Of a DNA stretch of 64,000 nt, positions 29,800-43,530 are shown in pieces. Made by a program: the position numbers and the translations under genes. The stretch is from Eledone cirrhosa. Taxonomy: Eukaryota. The DNA lies in assembly GCA_964016885.1 (NCBI GenBank), contig OZ024745.1:67642001-67706000 (forward strand), in the 5' to 3' direction. Position 1 is the first letter of the stretch, and every line of letters begins with the position of its first letter. The notes beneath the pieces were generated by a model. It saw nothing but the letters and a program-made list of their open reading frames with translations, was not told the DNA's origin and ran no database searches.

Positions 29800-32700
29800 C
29801 CTCATTCTTCTCCTCTCTCACCTACAGGCTGATATAGAGAGAAGGCCCATTCACTCGGGCCATTCTCGCTACTTTCACCCACCTTTTATAAAAATTGCTG
29901 GGGTAGAGCACCTCTCTCTCCATTCTGATCCTTCTTCTAAAGTGGTACTTGAAAAAAAAGACCAGTTGTTGACCGGAGAGAAAGGTGTCTGACCACAGCC
30001 CTTTCAACCTTGTCTACCATACAACTTCTTTCGCCATGGCTATCACACAGAGGAAAACCGCCTCTCCTTCGTTTTTGAAAGGGGGAGGCGGTTTGATCGT
30101 GACAATGTTCTCGGTGGTCAACCGGATTGGTCCCACTCGCGACAGTAGTCGTTCCACATATCCCCACAGGTCAGCAACGCCCGGGCAGTGTACGAATGCG
30201 TGTGAGACGGTTTCCTCGTCACGCACGCATCTCGGACAGATCTTCTTCGAGGGGTCCCTACCCGGGCGCCCGTGTCTGTAGAGCTTGTCCCGAACGAGTA
30301 GAGCTCCTCGGTAACATTGCCAAGCTAGGTACTTTTGGAAGTTGTCCATCGGTCCCGGGCCAAACGTCCTACCGAACAGACTGGCCAGCTCATCTTCCTC
30401 CATGCCCAGAGCCTCTCCGAGTGCGTCGTCGCACTTACTGCGCACCAACCCTCTATAGAATGTTGAGGTTGAGTCTCCACTGATTGCCGGATCCGCTTGC
30501 CAGAGGGCCGTGAGCGCCTGGGCACATTCAATGTGCCAGTCGCCCACTTTTCTCGGTCTTTGCTTGACCCAGGATTGCAGGTCGGTGAGTAAGACGAGTC
30601 TCGGAAAGGCTCGCCTCACAAACAGGGCCCACACCGGCTGACCGGTGAGGAATACCTGGAGGTGCCGTAGCCTTAATGCGTGTCTACGCATCGTCAGCCA
30701 CGGCATCCCCAGCCCTTCGTTCGAAGGGTGTTGACAGCAGATGGATCTTCTCACCAAAGGAGCCCGCTTCTTCCAAAGAAATCGGAAGAGCGCGCGCTCC
30801 ATTTTGGCAAGTGTTTTCTCTTGTCAAGGCACGACGGTCAAGCGGTAGTAGATGACGGACTCTATATAAGCGTTCGCCACCTCCGCTCGACCTTTCAGGG
30901 ATAGTTTGCACTCGGCCCACTTCTGGGCGAGTGCAAACACCTTGCCCGTTACTTCGTCCCAGTTTTTCTCCACCTGGAGGTCCGGTCCGAACCAGACCCC
31001 GAGCAGCTTCACCGGTCCCTCCGTCCAGCGTCCGACGATGCCGTCGGAGGGCATCGTTTTGCCCCTCCACGTCCCGAGTTGCAAACCGACGGACTTGTCC
31101 CGGTTCAGCTTGGCTCCTGTGAACCTTTCATATTCCTCCAGTAAGGTGCCGATTTGCCCGATTTCCGAGGCGCACGACACCATTACTGTCACGTCATCGG
31201 CGTAGGCCGACACCGCTTTCCGCAATCCCGGTTCCAAGGGGATGCCCTGCAACAGCTCCAGCTTCCGCAGTAGTGGCTCGAGAGCCAGCACATACAGGAG
31301 GGAGGAGAGAGGGCATCCCTGTCGGATGGATCGCGTGATTTGGAACGGCTACGAGAGGTAGCCGTTCACCTTGACCCTCGAGCAGGTGTTGCTGCTGTGC
31401 ATTGCAGCAATCCAGCCCTTGAAAACGGGTCCAAAGCCTGCCGCCGCGAGCACCGCATCCAGGTACCGATGGTCAACCCTATCGAACGCCTTAGATTGAT
31501 CCAAGTTGATCAGGGCCCCACCAAAGCCGGGTTCGTTCCCTACCCTCTCTACGATGTATCGCATGAGGTGGAGGTTGTCGTGTATGGACCTGGACGGGAT
31601 TGCGCATGTCTGCGCTTCTCCCACCAGGTTCCCGACGACAAGCGCCAACCTCTTCGCTAACACCTTGGCCAAAATCTTTAACTCTGTGTTTAGCAGAGTT
31701 ATGGGCCTGAAGTTATCTATGTCATCCCCCTTGTTCTCGTCCTTCCTCACCAGCGTGACTACGCCCTTGGTCACAGAACTGGGAATTCTCCCGTTCTGTT
31801 GCCAGTTGCAGTAGACCGCCTCGAGGAGACCGGAGAACAAGCCCGGCATCGCTACATAAAGTTCGTATGGTAGACCATCGAGACCCGGAGATTTGCGTTT
31901 GCTGCATTGGCTCAGCTCTTCCCCTATTTCAGCGGCTGAAATCGGCCTCTCTCAGGACTTCGCCTCCTCGTCCGAGAGCCGCGCCAGACCGTCGAGGTAT
32001 GGACCGAAATCCATGGCCCCACCCGGCCCGCCGCCCCTCCCGAACAGTCGTGCAAAGCACCGTTGAAAGGCCGCGCTCATCCGCTCAGGTTCAAGGATCA
32101 CGCGTCCATCCTGGTCCTTCAAAGACCGAATCGTGGACTTGTTTCCACTTTTGCCTCTGTCACTCGGGCCCAGCTAACAGCTTTGGCTCCCTAATTACCC
32201 AGAGCACGTATTTTACTCCTGACAACGCAGCCCTCGTGCTTCGCATCAAAGAACTGGTCTAGGGCCGTACTTGACGCCAGCACGCCGGAACGTTGCCACT
32301 CCTAATCGCCTCTTCTCCTCTATTTATTAATTCCCTTTCAGTTCTATTCCTATCTGATGCTAATTCCCGACTAAAACCTATCGATTCTATTCTAATTTCT
32401 CTCTTGAGAGAGCCCCACCACCTGCTGTTGACAATTTCCCCCGTCAAACGCTGCTTAACTAGTGTGCTAATCCGCTTACTGTAAGCTTTGTTTGTCGGTA
32501 AAGACAAGTTTAGCTTCCAGTAACCGGGTCCCTGTCTATGAGTTCTATCAAGGTTGACCACTCCGGTCACCAACTTGTGATCCGAATAGTCAACCATGAA
32601 TATTCGTGGACAGCTTAATATGTCCCTATCCTTATTTCTAACTAGGAACCTATCTAGGTACGACCTAGATGTTCCGCTAAGATTAGTCCACGTCCACAGT

Positions 32701-33257
32701 GGCACAGTCGGAAAATCTAGTCGATATCTATCGGCCAGATCAAATCGGCCGATTAATCGTTTGAGGCTGTTACACCCCCCTCTATCGGGACATGCCCCTA
32801 CATAGTCCCAACGTGCATCCAGGATACCATTCCAGTCCCCCACTAAAAGTAAGGAGCGAGACGTTCCCAGGAAATTCTCCAGGCGTCGGAAGAAGTCCGG
32901 TCGCGGTGTCCCAGATGGGACATACGCTGCCACCAGCCTGAAAGCTCCACCTTCACTACTGCCGACGTCTAAAACCACCAGTCGACCCTCCGGGTCCAGC
33001 TGTACCTTCTGTGTGGCAAGACCCAGGTATTTTCGCAGCAGAACGACAACCCCACCCCCATCCCTCGGCTGACAAAAAGATGCGTAGATCTCAAAGTCGT
33101 CGAAGATGGGGGCCAGTTGGCGCTCGCTGCTGATCCTGGACTCGCAAATAACCATTACATCCACTCTGTGCGACCTGAGGTCATTTAAGAGTTTACCCTG
33201 TTTCCAGGACATCCACAGGCCGCGTGCATTCACACATCCAACTCTTATATTGGCCAT
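29800..33257 (-). pseudogene. LINE ORF2 (APE endonuclease, reverse transcriptase, zinc finger), frameshifted
   Basis: NARGL, ICES, GDWN, SYLDRF, SDH, YWKLN; NFRPITLLNTELKIL, DQSKAFDRVDH, RQGCPLSP, YADD; CPRC..ETVSHAFVHC. Confidence 0.92.
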
Positions 33258-33299
33258 GTTGGTGTTGAAGAGTTAAAAAGGAAGAGGAAAGGAAATTAC

Positions 33300-35121
33300 T
33301 TACCTCTTCGTCTCCTGGGGACCAGGCTGCACAATTTCTATGGGGGTGTTGGAAGGGTTGTTTGGTGGGGTGGTGGTTTGTGGTGGGGTGAGAACATCAG
33401 TGTGTGGTGGGATTAGGGTGTTTAGTGGGGTGTGGGTGTCTGGTGTGGGGGTGGGGAAACATCTCAATAGGACGTGGTTAAGTGGTTTGGTGCAGTTGGT
33501 CCCCACATGCATTGGATGGTTCTTTTTCAAAGTTACATAGGTTTCCGTTGGGACCCTAATCATCATTAGGTGCAGTTTGTTCGCTGCGTAGGTGAAAGTG
33601 ATCCCTTCGGTTTCCACCGAAGGGTTATTTTCTATCGCTTTCATCAACGTTTTATTGTTCTTGTTAATGTATGTATAGAGTTTTTGTTGTGTTGTGTTTG
33701 TTTTTGTTTGTTGTTCTTGTGCGTGTTTGCGTTTTGTAGTATGTGTTATGTTTTGGGGAGGGGTGGGGTTTTTTGTTTGTGATGTTTGTTCTGTTTGTGC
33801 TGGTGGTTGTGTGTTTGTGGCATTTTTGTTAATGTGATACCTTTTTTTTTGTTCCCCTTTTCACCTGTTGAAAGGGTTCTCCCTCGTCGTCACTGGGTGA
33901 CGTTGATACGGAGTCCTCTTCCGTGTTGTTGGGGAGGGGTATATTTTGGGGTTTTGTTGTTGTTGCTTTTGTATTTGTTTTAGGTGGGGAGGGGTTGGGT
34001 GGAACAGTGTTTTGTGTTGTTATATTTTCCGTGTTGTTGTGGTTGTTGTTGTGGTGGTGGTGGTGGTGGTGGTGGTGGTGGTGGTGGTTGTGTTGTTGTG
34101 TTCGGGGTTGGCAGAAGAGCCTTTTTTTTACTCGTTAACTGAGGACAGGCAGCCCTCAGGTGACCCCTGCTTAAGCAGTGGTAACATGACGGCCGCCTTC
34201 CCTCCACTGAAATGTTTATATAAGTTAGCCCGTCCAGAGGCACGCGTTGTGGGATATTCGCTATTCGTTCTTGGCTCATTTGCACCAGAACTTCTACGCT
34301 GGTCCCACCAAATACACCTCCGGAGGACTTTCCTATTGAAATTATCTTGTCTTCATCAAAGTCAATGATTCCACATAGTATCCACCAAATATTTACATTT
34401 GGTGTGATACTCATTATTTTTATTCTTTGTGTCCTTTTTCCCCTGTATGTGGGGAAAAAGGTGAAGCGGGGGGACACAATGGGTGATACCGAGTACTTTT
34501 GTGCTGTTGACTGGTTGTTCATTAGCACCGAAATGCTACCAAACAGTTTACCTTTTTGTATGAAGGTTATGTCCTTCATTGCATCTTTTAGAACCAGCTC
34601 AATTTCATTTTGTGATAATTGAGCTTGTTTTCTTGTTTCGTTCGATATTGTCCTGAAAACTGTGGTTTTCAGGACAGCCTCTCTACGTAATTCCTGTGGA
34701 GAATTGATGCTAAAAGCACCGTTTTCGCCAAAAGTCACGAATTGTTTTGCGTCTTGTAATAATTGTTTAGCATTTGTTATGTCTATTGGCGTGTATAGTT
34801 TGTTTTTTTTTTACAGTCTGTGCGAATGTGTGTTTTGGTGTTGTTGTCTTTTTTGTTGCTGTCACTGTTGGTAATATTGTTCATGTTTTCCTTGGTGTTG
34901 CTATTGTTGCAGTTGTTGGTTGTGGTGTTATTGTCATTGTTCTTGTTGTTGGTGCTGGTATTATTTACCGGGTTTGGTTTCGTGGTTTCAATATTTTCAA
35001 CGTTTTTCAATAATGCGAGGGGGGGGGAAGGCTGCAAGCTTTGTACTCCTACCTTCCCTCCACCACTTTTCTTAGTGGGCGTGGCACTCACGACAGTGTG
35101 CGAGGTGGAAATGGCATCCAT
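33300..35121 (-). pseudogene. LINE ORF1 (gag-like), disrupted
   Basis: MDAIS start, frameshift at the T-run near 34805, VEGRRPSCYHCLSRGHLRAAC knuckle, stop at 33980, ends just before ORF2. Confidence 0.75.
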
Positions 35122-36004
35122 TGCTGATACCAAGTCTACACAGATGAAAATGAAAATTTCGCCCCAGAAAGGGGCGAAAATTAGTTGACTCAATGTCTGA
35201 CGGCCCAGGCAAGGGGTTAAACTAAACAATGCTATTAAATTGAGCAATGAACTCACAGTTTTTTTGACAATAATCCGTAAAAATCCGGAGCGAATTAATT
35301 CACGTCTATATCAAGTGGTAATTGATATAGAGAGTGGTATTGAGAGAGAGTGTTGTATGGTTGATGTAGAGAGGGGGAGGTTTTTGGTGTTATTGAAAGT
35401 GGGAGGAAGATCTCCCTGTCGGACGGGGAGATTTGACAAGTCTGTCACTTATACAACATGCAAAGAGTTATATATGTATAAATGTTTTCAACAAACCCGG
35501 ATTTTGAATAACGGCTTTTGTATTGAGGGAGGGGGGGATAACTGAACGCGTAAGATGCGGGCCCGCTGCGTGTGAAGAAATAAAGGAAAATATAAGAACG
35601 AGGCCAAAACTGATTTCGACAGATATGACAACACACAATAATTGTTTGGCTGTTCCATTGCAGAGGAAAGTCTCAATTTGGTGGCACAAAATACTGTATT
35701 GTTTAGATTCAAATTTGAAAAGCGTTCTTTTTGACAGTATTTACTCAGGTAAGTTTACAGGTGAACATATCCTACATAGAGTGTTGAGAGGTCAGGTGTA
35801 GTTGACCTTTCAATTTATTATCATTCATTTTGTGTTGAGATATGATAGTTATTCCGTAAACACAGAAACTCTATACACACAAATATATATATGTGTGTGT
35901 GTGTGTGTGTGTTTATGTATATATATGTATGGATATATATATATATATATATTTATAAATATATGTGTATGTATGTATATGTGTGTGTGTGTGTATATAT
36001 ATGC

Positions 36005-36038
<34 letters not shown>

Positions 36039-36039
36039 A

Positions 36040-36240
36040 TTGAGCAAGACACTTTATTTCACGTTGCTCCAGTTTACTCAGGTAAAAATGAGTACCAGCA
36101 ATAGCTGGAGGTTTAACCCTGCGATGGACTGGCGTCCTGTCCAGGGGGGGGGGGGGGGGTCTTGTACTCTCAGTCGCTTCACGCCATGAAACCGGGATAA
36201 GCACCGGCCAAATAAGCCTTCTGACTTAAGACAGACTTTA
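36040..36240 (+). mobile_element. Second SINE family (CORE-like plus V-domain-like)
   Basis: ttgagcaagacact...ctgcgatggactggcgtcctgtccagggg. Related copies at 36995-37290(-) and about 21800-22062(-). Confidence 0.65.
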
Positions 36241-37508
36241 GACATATATATATATATATATATAACTTTTATAACTTTGATAGGTTTCGGCCAGTGTTGG
36301 CCCAGGCTATGTCTAACCACCAAGCGAAATATTTTAGATTATGGGTTCATAACCTAGTCATTCATGTATTGGACACGGTAGCCCACATTAGTAAAGAGTT
36401 GTTGTTTTCAGAGACATATACGGGTGTATATAACACAACACACAACCCAGTCAAGGAATCGAACCTACGACATTATGATCATAAGCCCAACACCCTTACC
36501 ACTAGACCACGCGCCTCCACTTCTGAAATAAAAGTGCCACACTTTAAAAAGTAAGACATGAAGTCGATATGATCAACCAAAATCTACTGAAACCAGGAGA
36601 AGAATAGGACACCATTAGAAATATGTGGAATGTAATGAAATTCTTTAATGAGTTTTATTTCAGTCAAAATATATGAAACAAATAAATCTACGAAAAGATA
36701 TGAGAAAATTTGTTAACTTTTCAACTGTGAAATGGTTATCGTGTTCTCTTGTTGTGAAGATCTGGCCTGAAAACAGAGAGATGTGAGGTGTATATGGTCA
36801 TAGTTTGACCGTTTTATGTGTTGTTACGTTGATGGGAGATAAATGTATCCCTAGATAGATGATTATTCTATTACAGGTAACTTTCTCACATACTACCTTC
36901 TTCATCGGTTCCCCCAGTAGGGGTCTGAAGACCTCTAGGGGTCCTTGACATAAGTTAAACATTTCAAGCACTTTGTTAAAAAGATAATATATTATTAAAA
37001 CGTTAAGTCTGTTCTAAGCCGAAGGCTCATCAGGCCAGTGGTTATCTCCGCTGCTTTCTTTGGCGTTAAGCGACTGAGAGTACAAGACTCTCCCTGGATA
37101 GAACGCCGGTCTATTTCAGGATTAACTTCCCAGCTATTGTTGGTACGCATTCTCAGCTGAGTATACTGGAGCAATATGAAATCAAGTGTTTTGTTCTTGA
37201 ACACACGCAGCAGCCTGTCCAGGAATTGAACCGATGACATTATAATCGTACAGCAAGCATCCTAACCACTGGGCCATGCGCCTTCACTATATCCAATATA
37301 CTATTGGGTATCCATCATTCTCTCAGTATAAATATTTATCTCTTTCGATTGTTACTCTCGCCATATAATATTTAGATTCATTGAGTATATACTACTCAAG
37401 ACGATACACCAGCGGCTCTCTGGGATCCACAGAGCCTTGTGAATTCATAAATATAGAACTGGGCGTCCGGGACCTAAGTACTTCGTAAAAGGAAAACATA
37501 ATATACAC

Positions 37509-37797
37509 ATATAAGTATGTACACGTACATACATATATGTATACAGACGTACAGTAGTATGTATAATAAGCTTGAAACTAGTACAGCGTTCCTTTGTCAG
37601 TGTTGAACAAACGAGCAACGATGGTTGCTAGACACTATGGCTTAATACGGGATGCTTGTTTACAAACACACCGAGCATTATAATAAATGTTCGGTGAATC
37701 CATACGTACATATATATATGTGTGCATGTATGTATATATATATACATACTACTGTACGTCTGTATACATATATGTATGTACGTGTACATACTTATAT
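37509..37797. repeat. Perfect 59-bp inverted repeat around a 171-bp spacer
   Basis: 37509-37567 is the exact reverse complement of 37739-37797. Confidence 0.9.
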
Positions 37798-40072
37798 TTA
37801 AGTAGCAGCCGTACTAAGAGTGGGAAATGAAATTTCGTTTCATTTTTTCCGTTTATAATATACACACACTATTGGGTATCCAGGCCTTTCCAAGTATATT
37901 TCCCTCTTTTGGTTGTTATCATCAGAGTATAACAATCTGGAAGAGACGTTATTGGTGTCGTGTGATCTGTGAGCAAATGGAGGTTCCTTGGTAGTTAAAA
38001 GGTTGGGAATTGCGGACTTGGTTCCTACCTTCCAATTAAATAAATTGAAACAAGTAGAGTTCAATGAAATCTATGACACAAGAATCGATGGACCTTACCT
38101 CAACAATTCGGCTATTTGATCTCACAGAAAAGAAGAAAATGATAATGGTGGTGTTGATATTTTTAATAATTAAGTCATAGAATTATTTTTAACAGAAATT
38201 GTTAAAAAAAAGAAACAAACAATGAAAATACAATTATTCTGGAAGAACCTTTGAGTTTTGATATTGTATGGAATGGTAATATAATGTGTTTGGTATGAAT
38301 TAGTATATGTTCTTCATTAAAATATATGACTACATGAATTGAGTGTATTATAGAAGATCTAGACAAAGTTTGGCATAAGTGTTCAAATCGAGACAGGGAA
38401 TCACCCCCGATGAAGTAGCCTCACCAAATGAAATAACTGATACTGCATGTATCGTTGGCTGTTCTATACGATAATGTTATCGTCATCTTGTCCATGAAGC
38501 GCAGTTCACAAGTCTAGCCAATGGTGTAGAGTTTATCCTGTGAGGTGGATGTAGCTAATTATCACTGGCTGTTTTCCTTGGCAATGATTTCGCCATCTTG
38601 TCTGCAGGAAGAAGCTGAGATATACCGTCAAGACAAAGGTATAAAATTTGTCTCATTCCCATTTTTTTCAACCTTTATTCTTTCTCGTCTTTATTATTAT
38701 TTTGTTTCAGTCATAAATGCAGTTTGCCATAGTTTATGGAATTATTAAATAAAAGTATTGTATACAATGCTTTTTTTTTTTTTCATGTAATATCGGGTAT
38801 ATTAAAGCAATTCGTAACTCTTAAAATCCCATATAATAAATTGTAGATTTGATATGTCTGAGATCTTTCAAATAAAATCATCTGTGTATACACTCACACA
38901 TAGATATTTCTATGTGAATTGTGTGTGTGTGTGTTTAGATTTAAAATTGAATCATAACCACTTTCAAATTTTATGTATTTAGATTTCATTTGATTTTTTC
39001 ACAACTGAGTAGATATCGTTAAAGGCACAACATGGTGTTAAACCGGGTGACAGATTAAGCTAGCCTACCACCCAAGAACCAGTTCAGTCCTTCCGTCGGA
39101 CTTCAGCATAATTTCTGTCTACTAAATTTCACTCTCAAGGCTTAGGTAAACACGAGAAAATAATTGCTCTAAGTGCTTCACAATGGGATCGAATCGAACT
39201 GTCATCCCACCATTATTTTAGGCGGTGGATAGGCAGTATCGGTAGAGAGTCGGACACCATGCTTTGAAGCATAGAGTTACGTCCCTTTATGATCTGAGTT
39301 CAAATCCCGCCGAGGTTAACTTTGCCTTTCATCCTTACGGGGTCGATAAAATAAAGTACCAGTAATACACTGGGTAATTTCTGGCCTTGTGCCAAAAGTA
39401 GAAACAATTATTTTGAAATTAAAGTCGTGAAAGGTTTGTTGTATTTTGGATGTACAAAATTTTCGCTGATAATTGAAATTTGAAAACATTACAGTCTCAA
39501 TGTCTACACGTTAATACTGAACGTGAAATAAAGATGTAGAGACATTTGTACTCGACTTGCTAGAAATAGCAGCCAAATGGTCGTCAAATCATACACTATC
39601 AACTTATAGAGAGACAGTGACTTGTGTATTCAGGATCAGATAATTTTGGGTGAATTATACCTTTGAAATATTGATTGATCATTACATGAACGCCTTTTGG
39701 TCATATGTCTGCTCGATTAAAGCTAACATGGCTAAACAACAATGGTGGCAACAACTCGTCAAAGAATTTATTATGTGAGCATGTATACATTTGTACGAGT
39801 GCTTATATATATGGTGTGTGACTGTATGTGTTGTAGATATATGTGTTGTAGTTGCACTCCGTCGGTGGCGACGACGAGTATTCCTGTTGGTACTATCAAC
39901 AGAACAGCCTGCTCCTGAAATTAACGTGCAAGTGGCTGAGCATTCCACAGACACGCGTACCTTTAAAGTAATTCTCGAGGGGGTTCATATGTGTAAAGCT
40001 ATATACACAAGAAATATGTGTAATCACGTGCTCTGCACATGCGCACTTCGTCTAGCCTCTCGTGTCTTCCAC

Positions 40073-40459
40073 CTATGGACAATGTCTTTCTATTGGTCGA
40101 AATGCTGAATGTTTACTACCGAAGGTAATGTGTTGACGGGAATGTGGTTCATCTCTGAAAGTATGTTTCAATATATCTCTGTTTGGACTGGTTTCAGACA
40201 TCGGGTAATCATCTATATATATTGGTCTTTTGTTTAATGAATACTGGTGTATTAATGATGAATGTGGCTGATGTGCCGGTGGTGGAAGCGGTAGGTGTTG
40301 TGTAGTCGACGACATTTCGTTGTTTACTTTTTCTGACGGAATAATTTGCATTGGACTTGATACTGATGGTGACCAAGGTACCAACACTGGTGTCGGATAT
40401 TGAAAAAGTCGGATTCGTTGATGTCGACGCCATTTAGCTCGGCGATTCGAGAACCAAAC
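40073..40459 (-). CDS. eyg: Eyegone-type Pax gene, last coding exon (homeodomain helix 3 and C-terminus)
   Basis: tag|GTT: VWFSNRRAKWRRHQRIRLFQ... to TAG at 40073-40075; phase 0, the canonical Q/V homeobox intron; S50. Confidence 0.92.
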   Translation of the reverse strand, partial: VWFSNRRAKWRRHQRIRLFQYPTPVLVPWSPSVSSPMQIIPSEKVNNEMSSTTQHLPLPPPAHQPHSSLIHQYSLNKRPIYIDDYPMSETSPNRDILKHTFRDEPHSRQHITFGSKHSAFRPIERHCP

Positions 40460-40974
40460 CTACATCAGAATAAAAAACAAACAAAATTACAATATTTATT
40501 TAGCCCTTTCGTGACCGCATCTCAAATGAAATACATTTTTTAATCAATTAATGAAGAATTTTGAAGGATTTACAAAAATCTATTAATTTTTTCGTTCCTA
40601 ACATAACTTACACAAGGTTTTTACATATACTTATGTTTGAACATTTTAATTTAAATCGAAGTTCTTTAAAATGAGTAGTTTTGTTTCATTGAACCAGAGC
40701 CGGAGTTGGTATCAAAGAGTGAACAGTATATAAGTACATAGTGACGTGTTCTAGAGGTATTAACCTGTTTGTGGCCATTTCTAACATGAAAACCTTTGTG
40801 TTTTAATTACCAACGTAAAAAAGAATCATAAGAGATTTTTTTTTTTTTTTTTTAGAAATACATAGAAACTATATATTATGTGTACAAAAGGGGAAATAAA
40901 TAATTTTCTATATAGATAATAAACACAACCACAAGGATATGGTCCGAACGTGGAAGAGCCGAACTCCCACTGTC

Positions 40975-41160
40975 ATCGCCTCCATCTCTCTGTATGGTGA
41001 GCAAATGGGGTCCCACGCGCTGACCTCCCCACAACCCCGGCGAACAGAATGGAGAAGGCGTTTCCCCGGAGGACGGTAAGGAAAATGCGCTGGAAGAGCC
41101 ATTTCATCTCGCGAGGCTCACACCTGCGGCTGGCCAGCTCAGTGCTTATGGTGGTCTAAC
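40975..41160 (-). mobile_element. CRE-like non-LTR element 3' fragment
   Basis: Translates ELASRRCEPREMKWLFQRIFLTVLRGNAFSIL. Confidence 0.6.
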
Positions 41161-41379
41161 TTTCAATTTAACTACTGAAATCTAATATCTGTCATGTAAT
41201 AATGTTTTTGTTTTTTTTTATTTAAACATAAGGCCAACAATTTTGATTGATGGGAAAAGTCATTTATATCAACCCCAGTACTTGATTGGTATTTTATTTT
41301 ATCGACTCCGGAAAGATGAAATGCAAAGTTGATTGCGGTGGGATTTAAACTCAGAACGTAAAAAGCCGTAATTAAATAA

Positions 41380-42330
41380 TAATTATTTCTACTTTTGAAA
41401 CAAGGCCAGCATTTACTCAGTACATTACTGGCACTTTATTTTATCGACCCCGTAAGGATGAAAGGCAAAGTTAACCTCGGCGGGATTTGAACTCAGATAA
41501 TAAAAGGACGTAACTCAATGCTGGAAAGCATGGCGTCCGACACTCTACCGATACTGCAAATCCACCGTTAAAAAAAAAAAATAATAATAATAATTGTTTC
41601 TACGTTAGGCACAAGGCCAGCAATTACCCAGTGTATTACTGGTACTTTATTTTATCGACCCCGTAAGGATGAAAGGCAAAGTTAACCTCGGCGGGATTTG
41701 AACTCAGATAATAAAAGGACGTAACTCAATGCTGGAAAGCATGGCGTCCGACACTCTACCGATACTGCAAATCCACCGTTAAAAAAAAAAATAATAATAA
41801 TAATTGTTTCTACGTTAGGCACAAGGCCAGCAATTACCCAGTGTATTACTGGTACTTTATTTTATCGACCCCGTAAGGATGAAAGGCAAAGTTAACCTCG
41901 GCGGGATTTGAACTCAGATAATAAAAGGACGTAACTCAATGCTGGAAAGCATGGCGTCCGACACTCTACCGATACTGCAAATCCACCGTTAAAAAAAAAA
42001 AAAATAATAATAATAATTGTTTCTACGTTAGGCACAAGGCCAGCAATTACCCAGTGTATTACTGGTACTTTATTTTATCGACCCCGTAAGGATGAAAGGC
42101 AAAGTTAACCTCGGCGGGATTTGAACTCAAAAATAATAATAATTGTTTCTATTTTAGGCACAAGGCCAGCATATACCCAGTACATTACTGGTACTTTATT
42201 TTATCGACCCATCAGTCACAAGGCCAGCGATTTGGTTTGAGGGGAAAAGTCGATTACATCTACCCCAGTGTGTAACTGGTACTTCATTTTATCGACCCCG
42301 TAAGGATGAAAGGCAAAGCTAACCTCGCAT
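41380..42330 (-). repeat. Head-to-tail tandem array of the dominant SINE (210-213-bp period)
   Basis: gaaaggcaaagttaacctcgg at 41460, 41671, 41881 and 42094, then truncated units. Confidence 0.92.
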
Positions 42331-43530
42331 AATTAAATAACAGGAATCATTTTGTCAAATGCTGTAACGATTCTACCAATCCACCGCACTTATTTGCCAG
42401 GAAATAATGAAATTTTAGCCCAAGTTTTGAATTTATACTTTGAGGTGGTTTCAGGAAGTTTAGTGTTAAAAGGGTTAAAGAGGATAGGTATTTTTTCTTT
42501 CGGGTTCTTTTGATTAATTTTTAAACATACAATTTTTTGGAATCAAAATATAAAGGTTAGGACAATTCTAATGTTTGCTTACGTATTTTGTAAAATAATT
42601 GAATTTTAGGTTCGCTATGTTTGTTTGAACAAACCGTAGTTAAGTAAAAGCAAATATTATAGAAATGAAAGGTTATAAATTCTATATAAATTGTTTGTTA
42701 GCACATTAATACTTTGCAATTGTTCTCAACTCCACAACTTACACCTGATGTAATTTATTGGATATTACTGCGGCTAAAGGTTGATAAACTGGTTTATGTA
42801 GAAATCTAGTATTGTAACGATTCTAATTACCCTGTCAATCATTTCATGTCCGTAATACAGACCTAGACATATTGAAATTATTGGGGAATTCCAAAGAAAT
42901 AACCTCAGTCGAAATACAACGATTTCTGTTTAAATATTTGATTTGACATCATACGACAGATTGAGAAGACATTTGACGGGGACAATAGGCATTTAGTTTA
43001 TTCTATTCAGAATAGTATTTAATAATTGGTTGACACAGAATATGGCTCCTGTGGAGCACAAGTTTTTATTTTTATCATGTAGATTTGGAGGAAGGGACAG
43101 TATTCCTAACCTCCACCGGCACTCTGAAGCTATGGTAAATATACTTAGTTGCCCAAAAGTACAAGCAGTGAGACTGAACGAGGGAACTCATGATTGCGAA
43201 GAGGATTTCTTAACCACTCAGTCATGCCTGCGTACATTGGATAATATAGTTCTAGATGCTCTATACCTGAAAAGAAATACGAAATAGTCACGGCCTGTAA
43301 TCCCAGTTCTGCTGCATCAGATTCAGTGTGACACAGTGTGTGACAAAAGACGGTCTTTGAATTACAAGTAGGTACAAACCATCTGATGGGCTTTGAACAG
43401 TTTTTGTCTCCTTGATTCCACTAAAAAGCCTCGAGTCGACTCGGGGCTATGTGAAAAAACATTTAGCGAAGCTAGCTACGCTGTGGGATTGAAACCGAAA
43501 CTTCAAAACCAAACAGAAATATCTATTTAC

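Larger units (their letters stand above)
29582..35318 (-). mobile_element. Full-length, decayed Tx1-type (L1 clade) LINE
   Basis: ORF1 with CCHC knuckle and ORF2 APE-RT-zinc finger; taattgatata on both flanks (29571-29581, 35319-35329). Confidence 0.92.

Noticed and set aside
37005-37040. CUGAUGA-GCC(UUC)GGC on the minus strand
   Set aside because: No GAAA or stem I; it is the 3' end of a SINE.
37890-37930. CUGAUGA...GAAA on the minus strand
   Set aside because: No stem II or stem I pairing.
41380-42330. CRISPR-like regular repeats
   Set aside because: Whole units repeat with no unique spacers; eukaryotic SINE array.
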